This document shows, in pieces, positions 27,468 through 36,786 of a DNA stretch of 40,013 nucleotides. Position numbers and translations under genes: made by a program. This stretch comes from Pseudomonadota bacterium (GTDB lineage Bacteria > Pseudomonadota > Alphaproteobacteria > Micropepsales > Micropepsaceae), in NCBI GenBank assembly GCA_025360685.1, contig JANYBR010000356.1:1-40013 (forward strand). Direction: 5' to 3'. The notes beneath the pieces were generated by a model. That model saw only the letters and a program-made list of their open reading frames with translations, had not been told where the DNA came from and searched no databases. Positions within the stretch are counted from its first letter, which is position 1. Every line of letters starts with the position of its first letter.

Positions 27468-28949
27468 ATGACGAGTCCAGACACCAGTTCGACACTTGGA
27501 CGCGCGGCGCGCGCATGGGAGCGCCTTCGCCATCCCAATCGTGCGCATGTCGAAAATCTGAAATCGCGCGTGCCGTTCTGGTTCGTGGCACTGGTTCTTT
27601 TTTCATTCGCCGTCCTGCAGATCGTCCTCAATCCCTTTGGCTTCAGCGATCTGACGCAGCGCTACACGCAGGACATCTCCAATCTGCTGATCACCGGGCC
27701 CTATCTCTACCCGGCGAGCGGACGCGACCAGATCACGGTGGCGATAATCGACGAGCCGACCCTGCACAATCTTCAGATGCCATGGCCCTGGAGCTATGGC
27801 GCGCATGCGCGCGCCCTGAATGCAATTCTTGCCTACAAGCCGAAGGCTGTGGTGGTCGATTTTCTGTTCGTCGATCAGCGCAACGACGAAACTCTGCCCG
27901 AACTGGTCGACGCGATTGCGCGCTTCAAGAAGGCCGGCGTGCCGCTCTATTTCGAGGCCGGTATCGATCTTCCCTATGGCGAGGCGCCATTGCGGCCCGA
28001 ACTTGCCAAGACTGGCGTTGCCATTCTCGACCCGACGATCGAAGTCTATGACGGGGTGGTGCGGCAATATCCGACCAGCGGCCACTGCTTCGGCCCCAAC
28101 GGACAGACCAAGGGCCGCTGTCTGTCGCTGGCGCTGCGCGTCTACAACGACCTCTATCCAAACCATCCGCTCGGAGCGCTTAGCGGAAAGCTGGAACTCG
28201 TCTGGGGGACCAAAACCGCGCCCTTCAATGTGACGTTCAACGACCGCAGCAATACGCTGCCCTGCAACGACGCCGCGTCGTTCCTGCCGCGCATCTACCG
28301 CGCGTTTTTCGACAAGCAGACCGCCGTCGGTCGCTGTCCCTACAACAACGACGTGCCGGTCGAGGCCCTTATGGCGGGCGGCTATGACGACGATCTGAGC
28401 CAGCTCATCCCCGGCCATGTGATCTTCTATGGCGGCGCGCTGCAAGGCGCACAGGACAAATCCTTCTCGCCGGTGAACGGATTGCAGCCCAACGTGTTCG
28501 TGCACGCGATGGCGCTCGACAATCTCATCACGTTCAACGGCAAACCGGAGCGCAATATGATGACGGTCGGTTCTTACACGTTCTCGAACCAGCCGGCGCA
28601 GGTCATGGCGATCGTCCCGATCATCCTCATCCTGTCGTACCTGCACATGCGGCGCATACGCTCGCGGCGAAAAACCGTGAAGCGGGCGGAGCGCGGCGCC
28701 TTGGTTGAGTGGTTCGTCGACAAGGGTGTCGAAAACCTCTGGTATTGGCTGGCCTTCTTCCTGGCGCTCGGCATCGGGCTGGTACTGGCGCGCTCGGCCG
28801 GACTTTCCGTCGCCAACTGGGCCGAGGACGTCTTCATTTCCGTCGAACTTGCGGCCATGCTGCTGATCGGCGTGCCGGATTCGTTTTGGGGCTATTTGCA
28901 TCATGTCGCGGGCGGCCGGCCCGACGACATCCTTCCGGAGGCAACATGA
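27468..28949 (+). CDS. CHASE2-domain membrane sensor without cytoplasmic output domain
   Basis: TM, then ITVAIIDEPTL..WPWSYGAHA..PKAVVVDFLF..DGVVRQY..SPVNG.QPNVFVHAMALDNL, then about three TMs and a short tail. Confidence 0.85.
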   Translation: MTSPDTSSTLGRAARAWERLRHPNRAHVENLKSRVPFWFVALVLFSFAVLQIVLNPFGFSDLTQRYTQDISNLLITGPYLYPASGRDQITVAIIDEPTLHNLQMPWPWSYGAHARALNAILAYKPKAVVVDFLFVDQRNDETLPELVDAIARFKKAGVPLYFEAGIDLPYGEAPLRPELAKTGVAILDPTIEVYDGVVRQYPTSGHCFGPNGQTKGRCLSLALRVYNDLYPNHPLGALSGKLELVWGTKTAPFNVTFNDRSNTLPCNDAASFLPRIYRAFFDKQTAVGRCPYNNDVPVEALMAGGYDDDLSQLIPGHVIFYGGALQGAQDKSFSPVNGLQPNVFVHAMALDNLITFNGKPERNMMTVGSYTFSNQPAQVMAIVPIILILSYLHMRRIRSRRKTVKRAERGALVEWFVDKGVENLWYWLAFFLALGIGLVLARSAGLSVANWAEDVFISVELAAMLLIGVPDSFWGYLHHVAGGRPDDILPEAT

Positions 28950-29347
28950 AGAAGAGAACAATTCTGCTCACCGCTTTCGCGCTTGCGCTTGGTACCGCGC
29001 CGGCATGGGCGTCGGGCGAGTGCGCCGGCGTGACGGGCGACGCCGTGCTGTCGGCGCGCACGCCGCAGGTCGATCTCTACGATGCGCCGAACGGCAAGCG
29101 CATCAAATCGCTGGACGACGACAAGTTTCCCAAATGCCTTGCGGTGACGCAGCGCGCCCCCAACATGATGTTGCAGGTCAGCATCGGCGGCGCGCCGGTG
29201 TGGGTGCCGCCGCACATGGTCAACTACCGCCTCACCGGCAAGAAGCCCGCGATCTGCCGCAATCTGGCGATGGGCGGCAACGATACCAAGGTCGGCGCCA
29301 CGCGCGCACTAGGCGAAGACTGTCCGCACAAGAAGGCCACACCATGA
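28946..29347 (+). CDS. Small secreted Cys-containing protein (possible SH3b-like fold)
   Basis: Signal peptide MKKRTILLTAFALALGTAPAWA; VDLYDAPNG..VWV; four Cys; ATGA overlaps on both sides. Confidence 0.8.
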   Translation: MKKRTILLTAFALALGTAPAWASGECAGVTGDAVLSARTPQVDLYDAPNGKRIKSLDDDKFPKCLAVTQRAPNMMLQVSIGGAPVWVPPHMVNYRLTGKKPAICRNLAMGGNDTKVGATRALGEDCPHKKATP

Positions 29348-30858
29348 GGCGCACCATCCTTTGCGGCCTTGCCGCGCTGTTCATTTTCTCGGCGCCTGCG
29401 CTCGCAGACGGATATCCGGGCAATGGACGGGCGATCGATCAGCTGAAGCCGCCTTCCGACTATACCGATGTGCTGAGCGGACGGCCGCATGCCCTTGGCA
29501 TCATGCGCGCCCGCGCCAACGGTTTCGTGCCCTCGCCCGTGATGCACGACTATGTGCGCGGTGTGCTCGCCAAGCTGCTGCGCGGCGTGAACCTGCCGCC
29601 ATCCTTCAATCCTGACGTGCGCGTGCTGGCGGCGCCGGAGTTCAGCGCACTGTGCACGCCCGACGGCACGATCATCATCACCATCGGGCTGCTCGAGCAG
29701 CTCGACAATGAGGACGAGCTTGCCTTCGTGCTCGGCCACGAAGTCAGCCACGCGATCTATCGCCACCACGATTCGGAATGGTTCAAGAAATCGCAGTATT
29801 TCGCGGTGGTGAACGGCGCCGCCGTGCAGGGCATTGCCGACGCCGTGTCGCGCGGCGGAATCGGAGTCGGCGGCTTCAACAGTACCAATATCGGCCGCGG
29901 TCTCGACGTGGCGAACCATCTCTATGCCCTCAGCGCCAATGTGCTGGCGCCGCAGATGACGCGCTCCCAGGAAGACGCGGCCGACGCGCTCGGCTTCGAC
30001 CTGATGGTCCGGGCCGGATATGATTCCGAAGCCGCGCTGGCGGTGATGGACAAGCTGGCCGAGCAGGAAGACGAAGCGGCACAAGCCGCGCGTGCCGCCC
30101 GAGATTCCTCGAAAGACCACAAACATGCGTCGGGCAACGGCTTGCTGGGCGGCATCATGGGCGTCGTCGGAAGCGCCATGACCGGCAACTGGACCGACGT
30201 GGCCATCTTCGCCTTCGACACGGCCGTCGACAGCATGTCGGACGAGGCTGTGTCGCATCATCCGGCGCCGGAGCGCGCCAAGCTGCTGAGCAATTACGAG
30301 TTCCGGGAGTATCGCGACAGTCTTCCATCGCAACCGACGCCGCTACCCTGGGCCGAAGGCAACCGCAGCAAAGAAGGCCTCGCCATGACCGCGCTGCTCG
30401 CCCACTACGCGGCGGCCGAGAATGCGGCAGCCTATATCGCCGACGCCAGCCAGGGCTCGCCCGACAGCGCGCGCAGCGAGGTGACGCGATCCTCCACGGC
30501 ACCGACTGCCGATCACGCCTACACGCAGTTCGTTGCCTACGAGTATTACGACAAGAACAACCAGAAGCCGCAGTCGGAAGCAGCGCTGCAGCGCGCCGTG
30601 AACGGGCCGGAGGCATCGTGGGAAATCTATTCGCGGCTCATCGACATTCACATCGCGCGCAACGACTGGGCCGGCGCGCAAATGCTGATCGATCAGGCCA
30701 CCGTGCGCTTCGAGGATTCGCCGGTGCTGTTGCCCACGCATATCCGTATTCTGGCCGGCGAAGGCGATTTCGCGGGCGCCAAGGCCCTGCTGCCCAAATG
30801 CAAGAGCTACGACATCGACGAACTCACCGATGCCTGCAAGAAAGCGGCGCGGGCGTAG
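29344..30858 (+). CDS. Secreted M48-family zinc metallopeptidase with helical/TPR-like C-terminus
   Basis: Signal peptide; DELAFVLGHEVSH (HExxH), RSQEDAADALG, HHPAPER. Confidence 0.88.
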   Translation: MRRTILCGLAALFIFSAPALADGYPGNGRAIDQLKPPSDYTDVLSGRPHALGIMRARANGFVPSPVMHDYVRGVLAKLLRGVNLPPSFNPDVRVLAAPEFSALCTPDGTIIITIGLLEQLDNEDELAFVLGHEVSHAIYRHHDSEWFKKSQYFAVVNGAAVQGIADAVSRGGIGVGGFNSTNIGRGLDVANHLYALSANVLAPQMTRSQEDAADALGFDLMVRAGYDSEAALAVMDKLAEQEDEAAQAARAARDSSKDHKHASGNGLLGGIMGVVGSAMTGNWTDVAIFAFDTAVDSMSDEAVSHHPAPERAKLLSNYEFREYRDSLPSQPTPLPWAEGNRSKEGLAMTALLAHYAAAENAAAYIADASQGSPDSARSEVTRSSTAPTADHAYTQFVAYEYYDKNNQKPQSEAALQRAVNGPEASWEIYSRLIDIHIARNDWAGAQMLIDQATVRFEDSPVLLPTHIRILAGEGDFAGAKALLPKCKSYDIDELTDACKKAARA

Positions 30859-31014
30859 GATTGAGTGCGGGCCGTTTTGGGTCGAAAGCGGTCATTCTCC
30901 GGGAGACACGCACAAGGCTTCGCTCACGATTGTGCCTGGGCGGCGCCCCGGCAAAATCAAAGTTCGAATGATTAAGTGTCGTCGCACTTCATTTCCGGCG
31001 AGTGTCTCATTTGG

Positions 31015-32103
31015 TCATCCGTCTTTCGGCATGGCTAGAGGCCGCACGCGCGAAACCAACACTTCCAGAAACTTGGTGCTAAGCGCGAAAACAACCGAAT
31101 GCCCACCTCCAGGAACAAGAACTAATTCTTTTCTCGGCGCCGTCAGGCTGGGGAATACCTCCTGTACCAATTCGGTAGGCGTCTGGATATCGTCCGCACC
31201 CTGTATAAAGAACATTGGCACCTCGAATATCGTGCCACTACGAGTCATGTCATAGCCCATGAATTCGGCGTACAGCGGATCGAGACGGGTTGAGAATGCA
31301 GCAGAACCAACGTCATAAGCGTCCCGCAGCGAGTACCCTGGCGCAAAGGTCACCGCAAGTGCTACCGACAGGAGCAGGTTTTTCTCCGATGGCGGCGCAT
31401 GGGCCATCAGAATTTGGCGTTCGGCGCCCATCAATGCGAGTTTCTCATAGGGCGGCGGACCTATCTGTTGCAGGCGCTCGATCGCGCGTTGGTCGCCAGC
31501 GGCGTGAAGGCGTTCCATGAGGCGGCGATATCCAACGGCCTCATTGCGTTCCATGTTCACGACTTGACCAGTCCCGACATACGCAACGAACAGGTCAGGC
31601 CGGCGGCGCACCATCTCGATTCCGACGACGCTACCCCACGATGCGCCTATCAAAATCAACTTCGTTTTGTGCAATCGCGCGCGGACGTACTCCGCCACCT
31701 CGATACCGTCCTGAATGATTTGCTCGAGCTTTGGCATCCGTTCGCCCGACCGGCCTGATTGAATATAGGTTCGGCCCGCGCCTCGCTGATCCCAGTGCAC
31801 CACCGTGAAGGCGGTCTCCCACGAGTGGAATGCCTCGTTAGATAGCGGAATGGCGGATATACCGGGGCCACCGTGAACAAATAGGATCGCAGGATTGTCC
31901 CTAGATTCTCCTCGAATTTGAACCCATTGCTGAATTCCGCCGATGGGCACAAAACCAGCCTCTAATATGCCATTCGCGCTGCGAATCGCGAGGAGGTTTG
32001 AAATTTGGTGTTGGCGATAGGCCCGATAGCTCATTGCGGCTAGGACAATGATCGCGACGATGATCGATAGAATCGTCAATCCGCGTAGAATGAACCGAGT
32101 CAC
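31015..32103 (-). CDS. Alpha/beta hydrolase (proline iminopeptidase-like) with N-terminal TM
   Basis: LFVHGGPG, WDQRGAG, GASWG nucleophile elbow, QGADD, GGHS; GTG 32103 after GAGGAG. Confidence 0.9.
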   Translation of the reverse strand: MTRFILRGLTILSIIVAIIVLAAMSYRAYRQHQISNLLAIRSANGILEAGFVPIGGIQQWVQIRGESRDNPAILFVHGGPGISAIPLSNEAFHSWETAFTVVHWDQRGAGRTYIQSGRSGERMPKLEQIIQDGIEVAEYVRARLHKTKLILIGASWGSVVGIEMVRRRPDLFVAYVGTGQVVNMERNEAVGYRRLMERLHAAGDQRAIERLQQIGPPPYEKLALMGAERQILMAHAPPSEKNLLLSVALAVTFAPGYSLRDAYDVGSAAFSTRLDPLYAEFMGYDMTRSGTIFEVPMFFIQGADDIQTPTELVQEVFPSLTAPRKELVLVPGGGHSVVFALSTKFLEVLVSRVRPLAMPKDG

Positions 32104-32317
32104 GATATCTGCTCCTCGCCGTTCTATGTTGCTATTTGAGTCCCGCGTCGTTAGATGCGCGTCCCGGCGAGGCGGATGCGCTGTACGACGCAAAGTTCGA
32201 CTTTCGCTGGCTTCTCAGTGGAGAGCGGTTGGAAATCAATTTCCGCCACAAAGCAGAATCGTTAATCTCGGACGCCGCGTCGCGACGATCTGGGACGCAT
32301 CAAGAGCGCATCGCAGC

Positions 32318-32358
32318 GGGTCCCCGCGCGGCGCGCTGCTCGCTTGGCCGGAATGACA
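32318..32358. repeat. Degenerate half of a GTCAT(C/T)CCGG-type REP
   Basis: GGGTCCCCGCGC...CGCTTGGCCGGAATGACA ends like the 4590 element. Confidence 0.5.
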
Positions 32359-32409
32359 ATCGACAGCAAATCGATAAGAGACAATATCGCCATGACCTAC
32401 GCCGTATAG

Positions 32410-33630
32410 TCAAACGCGCAGGGTGAATCCGGCATCGCGCAGGCAGCTGCGGATTTCCTCCGCATGTCCGGCGTCACGCGCCTCGACGACCATGCCCAGA
32501 TAAGCCGATTTCACCGGCGTGTCGGTCATCATGCGGTTGTGGCTGACTTCCAGGATGTTGCCACCCGCCTCGCCGACCAGGGTGGCGATGCGCGCCAGCA
32601 GACCCGGGCGATCCTCGATCATCACCTCGAGCGACACGATGCGCCCTTCGCGCGACAGCTCGCGCAGGATGACGTTTGACAGCAAGCGCATGTCGATGTT
32701 TCCGCCGGAGAGCACGATGCCGACCTTGCGGCCGGCAAAACGCTCCTTGTGCTCGGCCACGGCGGCATAGGCAGCCGCACCGGCCCCCTCGACCACGGTC
32801 TTTTCGATTTCCAAAAGCGCGGCAAGCGCCTTTTCGATCTGCACTTCGTCGACCAGCAGAATGTCCTTGACGTTGGCACGCACGATCTCGCGCGTCAGCA
32901 TTCCCGGTTCCTTGACCGCGATGCCTTCGGCGATGGTCTGGCCGGCCGACGGCAGGTTGGCCTGCTTGAAGACGTCGAACATGGAGGGATAGGCGCGCGT
33001 CTGCACGCCGATGATCTCGATGGCCGGATTGATTGCCTTCGCCGCGATGGCGATGCCGGAGATCAATCCGCCGCCGCCGATCGGCACCACCAAAGTGTCG
33101 AGCGGCTCTTCGGCGTCGGCCAGCATCTCCAGCGCGACAGTTCCCTGTCCGGCGATGACTGCCGGATCGTCATAGGGATGAACGAAGGTCAGGCCCTGCG
33201 CGTTCGCGATCGCCGTGGCGCGCGCAAACGACTCGGTGAGTGTGGCGCCCTCCAGGACGACGTTGGCGCCGAAATCCTTGGTGTGCTTGACCTTGGTGAA
33301 CGGGGTTCCTTGCGGCATGACGATGGTGACGGGAATGCCGAGACGGCCGCCATGATAGGCAACGCCTTGCGCATGATTGCCCGCCGACATGGCGGCAACG
33401 CCGCGCTTCTTCTGGTCGTCCGTCAATGACAGCAGCTTGTTGAGCGCGCCGCGTTCCTTGAACGAGGCGGTGTATTGCAGATTCTCGAATTTGAGATGGA
33501 TCTCCGCGCCGGTGATCCGCGACAAGGTATCGGAATGGCGGGTTGGCGTGTGCTCGACCGCGCCATAGATGATGCGCGCCGCGGCGCGGATGTCGTCGAT
33601 GGTTGGGGCGATCAAAGTCTTTTGCGACAC
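32410..33630 (-). CDS. ilvA: Threonine ammonia-lyase with a single C-terminal ACT domain
   Basis: KFENLQYTASFKERGA PLP lysine, SAGNHAQG, PIGGGGL, SGGNID, EDRPGLL. Confidence 0.88.
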   Translation of the reverse strand: MSQKTLIAPTIDDIRAAARIIYGAVEHTPTRHSDTLSRITGAEIHLKFENLQYTASFKERGALNKLLSLTDDQKKRGVAAMSAGNHAQGVAYHGGRLGIPVTIVMPQGTPFTKVKHTKDFGANVVLEGATLTESFARATAIANAQGLTFVHPYDDPAVIAGQGTVALEMLADAEEPLDTLVVPIGGGGLISGIAIAAKAINPAIEIIGVQTRAYPSMFDVFKQANLPSAGQTIAEGIAVKEPGMLTREIVRANVKDILLVDEVQIEKALAALLEIEKTVVEGAGAAAYAAVAEHKERFAGRKVGIVLSGGNIDMRLLSNVILRELSREGRIVSLEVMIEDRPGLLARIATLVGEAGGNILEVSHNRMMTDTPVKSAYLGMVVEARDAGHAEEIRSCLRDAGFTLRV

Positions 33631-33651
33631 GCGGGCCTCATCGACGACGGA

Positions 33652-33700
33652 TGGTAGCAGCGGAGGGATTTGAACCCCAAACCAAGGGATTATGATTCCC
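33652..33700 (-). tRNA. 3' half of tRNA (anticodon CAT, probably Met): att-site remnant, not a complete tRNA
   Basis: Minus strand GGGAATCATAATCCCTTGGTTTGGGGTTCAAATCCCTCCGCTGCTACCA has anticodon arm, T arm and CCA; no D arm or 5' acceptor strand upstream. Confidence 0.85.
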
Positions 33701-33757
33701 GATGGTCCGGAAAATATGGGTGAACATTCCTACACACCATTCCACCGATTTCTCGGT

Positions 33758-33849
33758 TAACTGATTGATATTACGAATTTAATTGGAACATTTCTGAACA
33801 TCGCGACTCGCCCATTGACCAGACCCTTCTGTAGCCCCCAGCGTAGCCC
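33758..33849. promoter_or_regulatory. att arm: IHF site and integrase arm-type direct repeats
   Basis: Minus strand TATCAATCAGTTA (33758-33770) matches WATCAA-N4-TTR; GTAGCCC at 33831 and 33843. Confidence 0.7.
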
Positions 33850-33887
33850 AGAAGGAAAAAAAACCTCTTCTCAGACTAGACCACGGG

Positions 33888-34605
33888 ATGAGTGTGCGCA
33901 AAGTTTCAACCGATCGAGGCATTCAAGCGCTGAAGCCCGCGCCGCGCGGAGAACGCTACGTCGTCTACGATGCGATCGTTCCTCTCTTCGGTGTGCGCGT
34001 TTCCGATCAAGGCCTCAAAACATTTGTCTTGTACCGACGGGTGGCTGGTCAAAGCCGTCCCACGCGACTGACGCTCGGGACTTATCCGCTCATCGCCTTG
34101 GAGAAAGCCCGCCCGAGGGCGAAGGCCGCACTCGAAGCCTTGGTTTCCGGCAAACATCCAGGTACGCGCGAAGCCGAACAGCAAAAAGAAGAACGTCGAC
34201 GCCAGGCTCACACCTTCTTGGCGGTTGCCGAGGAATTTATCAAGCGACACGTGTCAAAATTGCGTTGGGCCAACGGTTGAACGAAGTTGCTCGAGCCAGT
34301 TGGATCGAGATCGACCTAGACGCACAATTGTGGACGCTCCCTGCGGAGCGCATGAAAAGTGGCGTCGCGCACGAAGTTCCGCTTTCGAAGCTCGCGACCA
34401 ACCTCCTACGCTCTCTGCCTCGATTGGAAGGCGACTACGTCTTGACAGCGACATTTGGCGAGCTGCCCATCAGCGGCTTTTCAAAGGCAAAATCGCAAAT
34501 TGATAAGTCAATTGGTGTCCTCAGAAATGAAAGAGCTCGCAAGGCAACCGAACCAATGGCGGCTTGGCAATTCCATGACCTGCGCCGCACGATGCGAACC
34601 CGCCC
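33888..34605 (+). pseudogene. Tyrosine integrase (P4-like, Arm-DNA-binding N-terminus), internally deleted and truncated
   Basis: First frame: YDAIVPLFGVRVS..KTFVL..LTLGTYP..LEKAR, stop at 34280. Other frame: GQRLNEV..WTLPAERMK..HEVPLS..FHDLRRT; no core-binding domain and no final His/Tyr. Confidence 0.88.
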
Positions 34606-34913
34606 TGAGCCACATTCGAGTAGCGGAAAAAACGCTGGCTGCGGTCAGCGGGTCGGGCAAACGCCAGCAAATCGCGTCCGGCGAGACTCATGCCTAGCGC
34701 CTGAGTGATGTTGTCGCCCGCTGTTCGGCAAAACACTGTCCCTGCGAGTCTAACTTCGCAGGTCACTGTTGAGGCAGCGAGATCACCGGGAATCGGTAAC
34801 TCAGGTCGACTTTTGCGCGGGTGCCCGTCTTCGGCAATTTGCAGAATCCTCCAGTCGGCAAAACGCCGTGAGCCATTTGTGAGCGAAAGCGCCGCAAGCT
34901 CGCTTTCGGCCAA
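34600..34913 (-). pseudogene. Truncated PAS_5 (DUF1457-like) domain gene
   Basis: ..P.KS..EVR..CRTAGDNITQALGMSLAGRDLL..DRSQRF resembles alphaproteobacterial PAS_5 proteins; runs into the integrase remnant. Confidence 0.5.
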
Positions 34914-35571
34914 GGTTCTGTCGATCTCAAACAGGGCACATCATCCTTGTCGAACTGGCCGCCAGGTGGTCGAACTCGCAGAACAACTTTTTAACTCAAA
35001 TCGTCTTGGAACATCGCAGTGTACCACCCAGCAACGAACTTCCGCAGCTGAATCATTCGGCCGTTCAATAGTGAGCTTGCCGAATGGCATGGGAACCTAA
35101 ACTCGTGCACCCACCAATCGAACAACCGCGACGCCATCGCCGACTGGGTAGTTGTACTCAGGTCCGCGTCAATCAGCCATTCACGCAACCCCCGCATTAC
35201 GAATTGGAAAATTGCTTTGTCGAAACAGTGCACTGAAATGCACGCAAGTGCGCTCGAATGTCGTTCCGGCGCGGTTTTGTTGTCGCCGTGTATTGGAAAA
35301 GATGTGGATTGCAGCGAAGTGAAGTTTTGAAAAGTGAGGAACCTGCAACCGCTAGGTAACCGCGACCACTTTGAGCCCCGCGAGTCGAAGCTGATCTGAC
35401 GTGGGCGGAGGGGCGACTACCGCTGCATAGGCTCAACACCCTACCCTGTTCAACTGCAGCCTTGGCAATTTGAGCTCGCAATTCCGCGAAGACTCCCAAC
35501 GCTTTTCGATGCCCCTAATTTACAGTATGTATTGATCAGCTTGGGGATGGATCGAGGGGGTTAAGAGCGAG

Positions 35572-36786
35572 ATGGCTCGACTAGTCGTCAGACTGCACCA
35601 GGACCGCGACCGTTGCGGCAGCTTGGCCCTTTATGATGCCCGAGGCCGACGGGTCTGCGGGCCATTTGCGGTCGCCGGACGTTCAAGCGACTCGTGGGCC
35701 GCCGTAAACGGCAATCCGGAGCGTAGCCCACTCCTGCGGTTCGGGGACACGCCGACCGGCGCGTATAAAATACGCCGCATTCTCAAGAGCGGCTCAAGAA
35801 CCTCCTACGACGCTGCTCAATTCGGGCCGAATGGAATTGTCGTGCTGGAAGGAGTGTCCGGAGACGCGGCGCTTGCTGAAGCCAATGGACGCTTTCATGT
35901 CCTCATCATCGGTGGAAAACGCTCTGCAAACGGAGAACTGCGATCGACGGCCGGCTCGTTGCGTCTTTCCGATGAAGGACAAAAGTTGCTGGTCTCTGCG
36001 CTGCGGAAACTGCGCGATGTCGGATGCGAAATCGACGAAGACGCGTCTGTCAAGTCGACTCAGCGCGTCTTTATCGACCCTCACTGCAAGGACGAAGATC
36101 CGCAAAGCATCGACGTGGACCGGGAACGTTCAGCGTCGCGACACACTTACCAGGACCTTCTTCTAGGCGGCGCTGCGGGCGCAATGATATTGGAAGTCGC
36201 TTTCGTTGCGCTTCCTACGACACCAACCCGCGCGGCAGAAATGCCGTCTTTCCAAAACCTGCAGCATATGCGCGACGACGTGAAATTTTTGCCGCCGAAA
36301 GCCCAACGCGATCCTGGTTACGTCCGGCTTGCCTATCGTAGCCCCCCTGCCAATTCGGCACTGGATCAGCTGAACAACGCGCAAGGGCAACCAACGGGCA
36401 CAACCTTCGACAACAGCCGAAATCCGCAACCAAGCGACGCGGTGCCCAGTGGCACCGTCAGCGTGCCCTCCGCAACTCCAGGTGCTGCGCCGGTCGCATC
36501 CCCCAGCACCCCCACCGTAACCGCACCCTCTCCGCCGAGCACTGGGAGCTCGGACACTGATCGAGTCATCCAGCAACAACGCGAAATCAACGCCATTAAC
36601 TCCCAGAAGCCGCCGCCGAACGCGACCCAGGACCAACTCAACCAATGGCAGCAGAATCAGCAGCAGGGGATTCAGAACATCGTGAATCCGCCGCCGCCCT
36701 CGACGCCACCTCCGCCGCCGAAGACCAATTCGGTCATTCTCGACAAAGGCGCGCCTCCGCCGCCCAAAGGTGGATCATCTCAGTGA
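35572..36786 (+). CDS. L,D-transpeptidase/Tlde1-like domain (catalytic residues substituted) fused to a hydrophobic segment and Pro/Gln-rich tail
   Basis: GDTPTGAY..FGPNG..SGDAALAEANGR..LIIGG..LRSTAGSLRL; GAGGGGG RBS. Confidence 0.65.
   Translation: MARLVVRLHQDRDRCGSLALYDARGRRVCGPFAVAGRSSDSWAAVNGNPERSPLLRFGDTPTGAYKIRRILKSGSRTSYDAAQFGPNGIVVLEGVSGDAALAEANGRFHVLIIGGKRSANGELRSTAGSLRLSDEGQKLLVSALRKLRDVGCEIDEDASVKSTQRVFIDPHCKDEDPQSIDVDRERSASRHTYQDLLLGGAAGAMILEVAFVALPTTPTRAAEMPSFQNLQHMRDDVKFLPPKAQRDPGYVRLAYRSPPANSALDQLNNAQGQPTGTTFDNSRNPQPSDAVPSGTVSVPSATPGAAPVASPSTPTVTAPSPPSTGSSDTDRVIQQQREINAINSQKPPPNATQDQLNQWQQNQQQGIQNIVNPPPPSTPPPPPKTNSVILDKGAPPPPKGGSSQ

Noticed and set aside
33652-33730. Complete tRNA-Met gene
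   Set aside because: No D arm or 5' acceptor strand; only the 3' half is present.
34255-34285. Programmed frameshift producing a full integrase
   Set aside because: No slippery site, and the core-binding domain and catalytic Tyr region are missing, so deletion explains it better.
34914-35570. Short ORFs (34991-35233, 35197-35499) or an ncRNA in the island spacer
   Set aside because: No recognisable motif, RBS or convincing structure by eye; a BLASTx/Rfam search would be needed.
36380-36786. Tandem DNA repeat in the Pro/Gln-rich tail
   Set aside because: Low complexity at protein level only; no regular nucleotide repeat unit seen.
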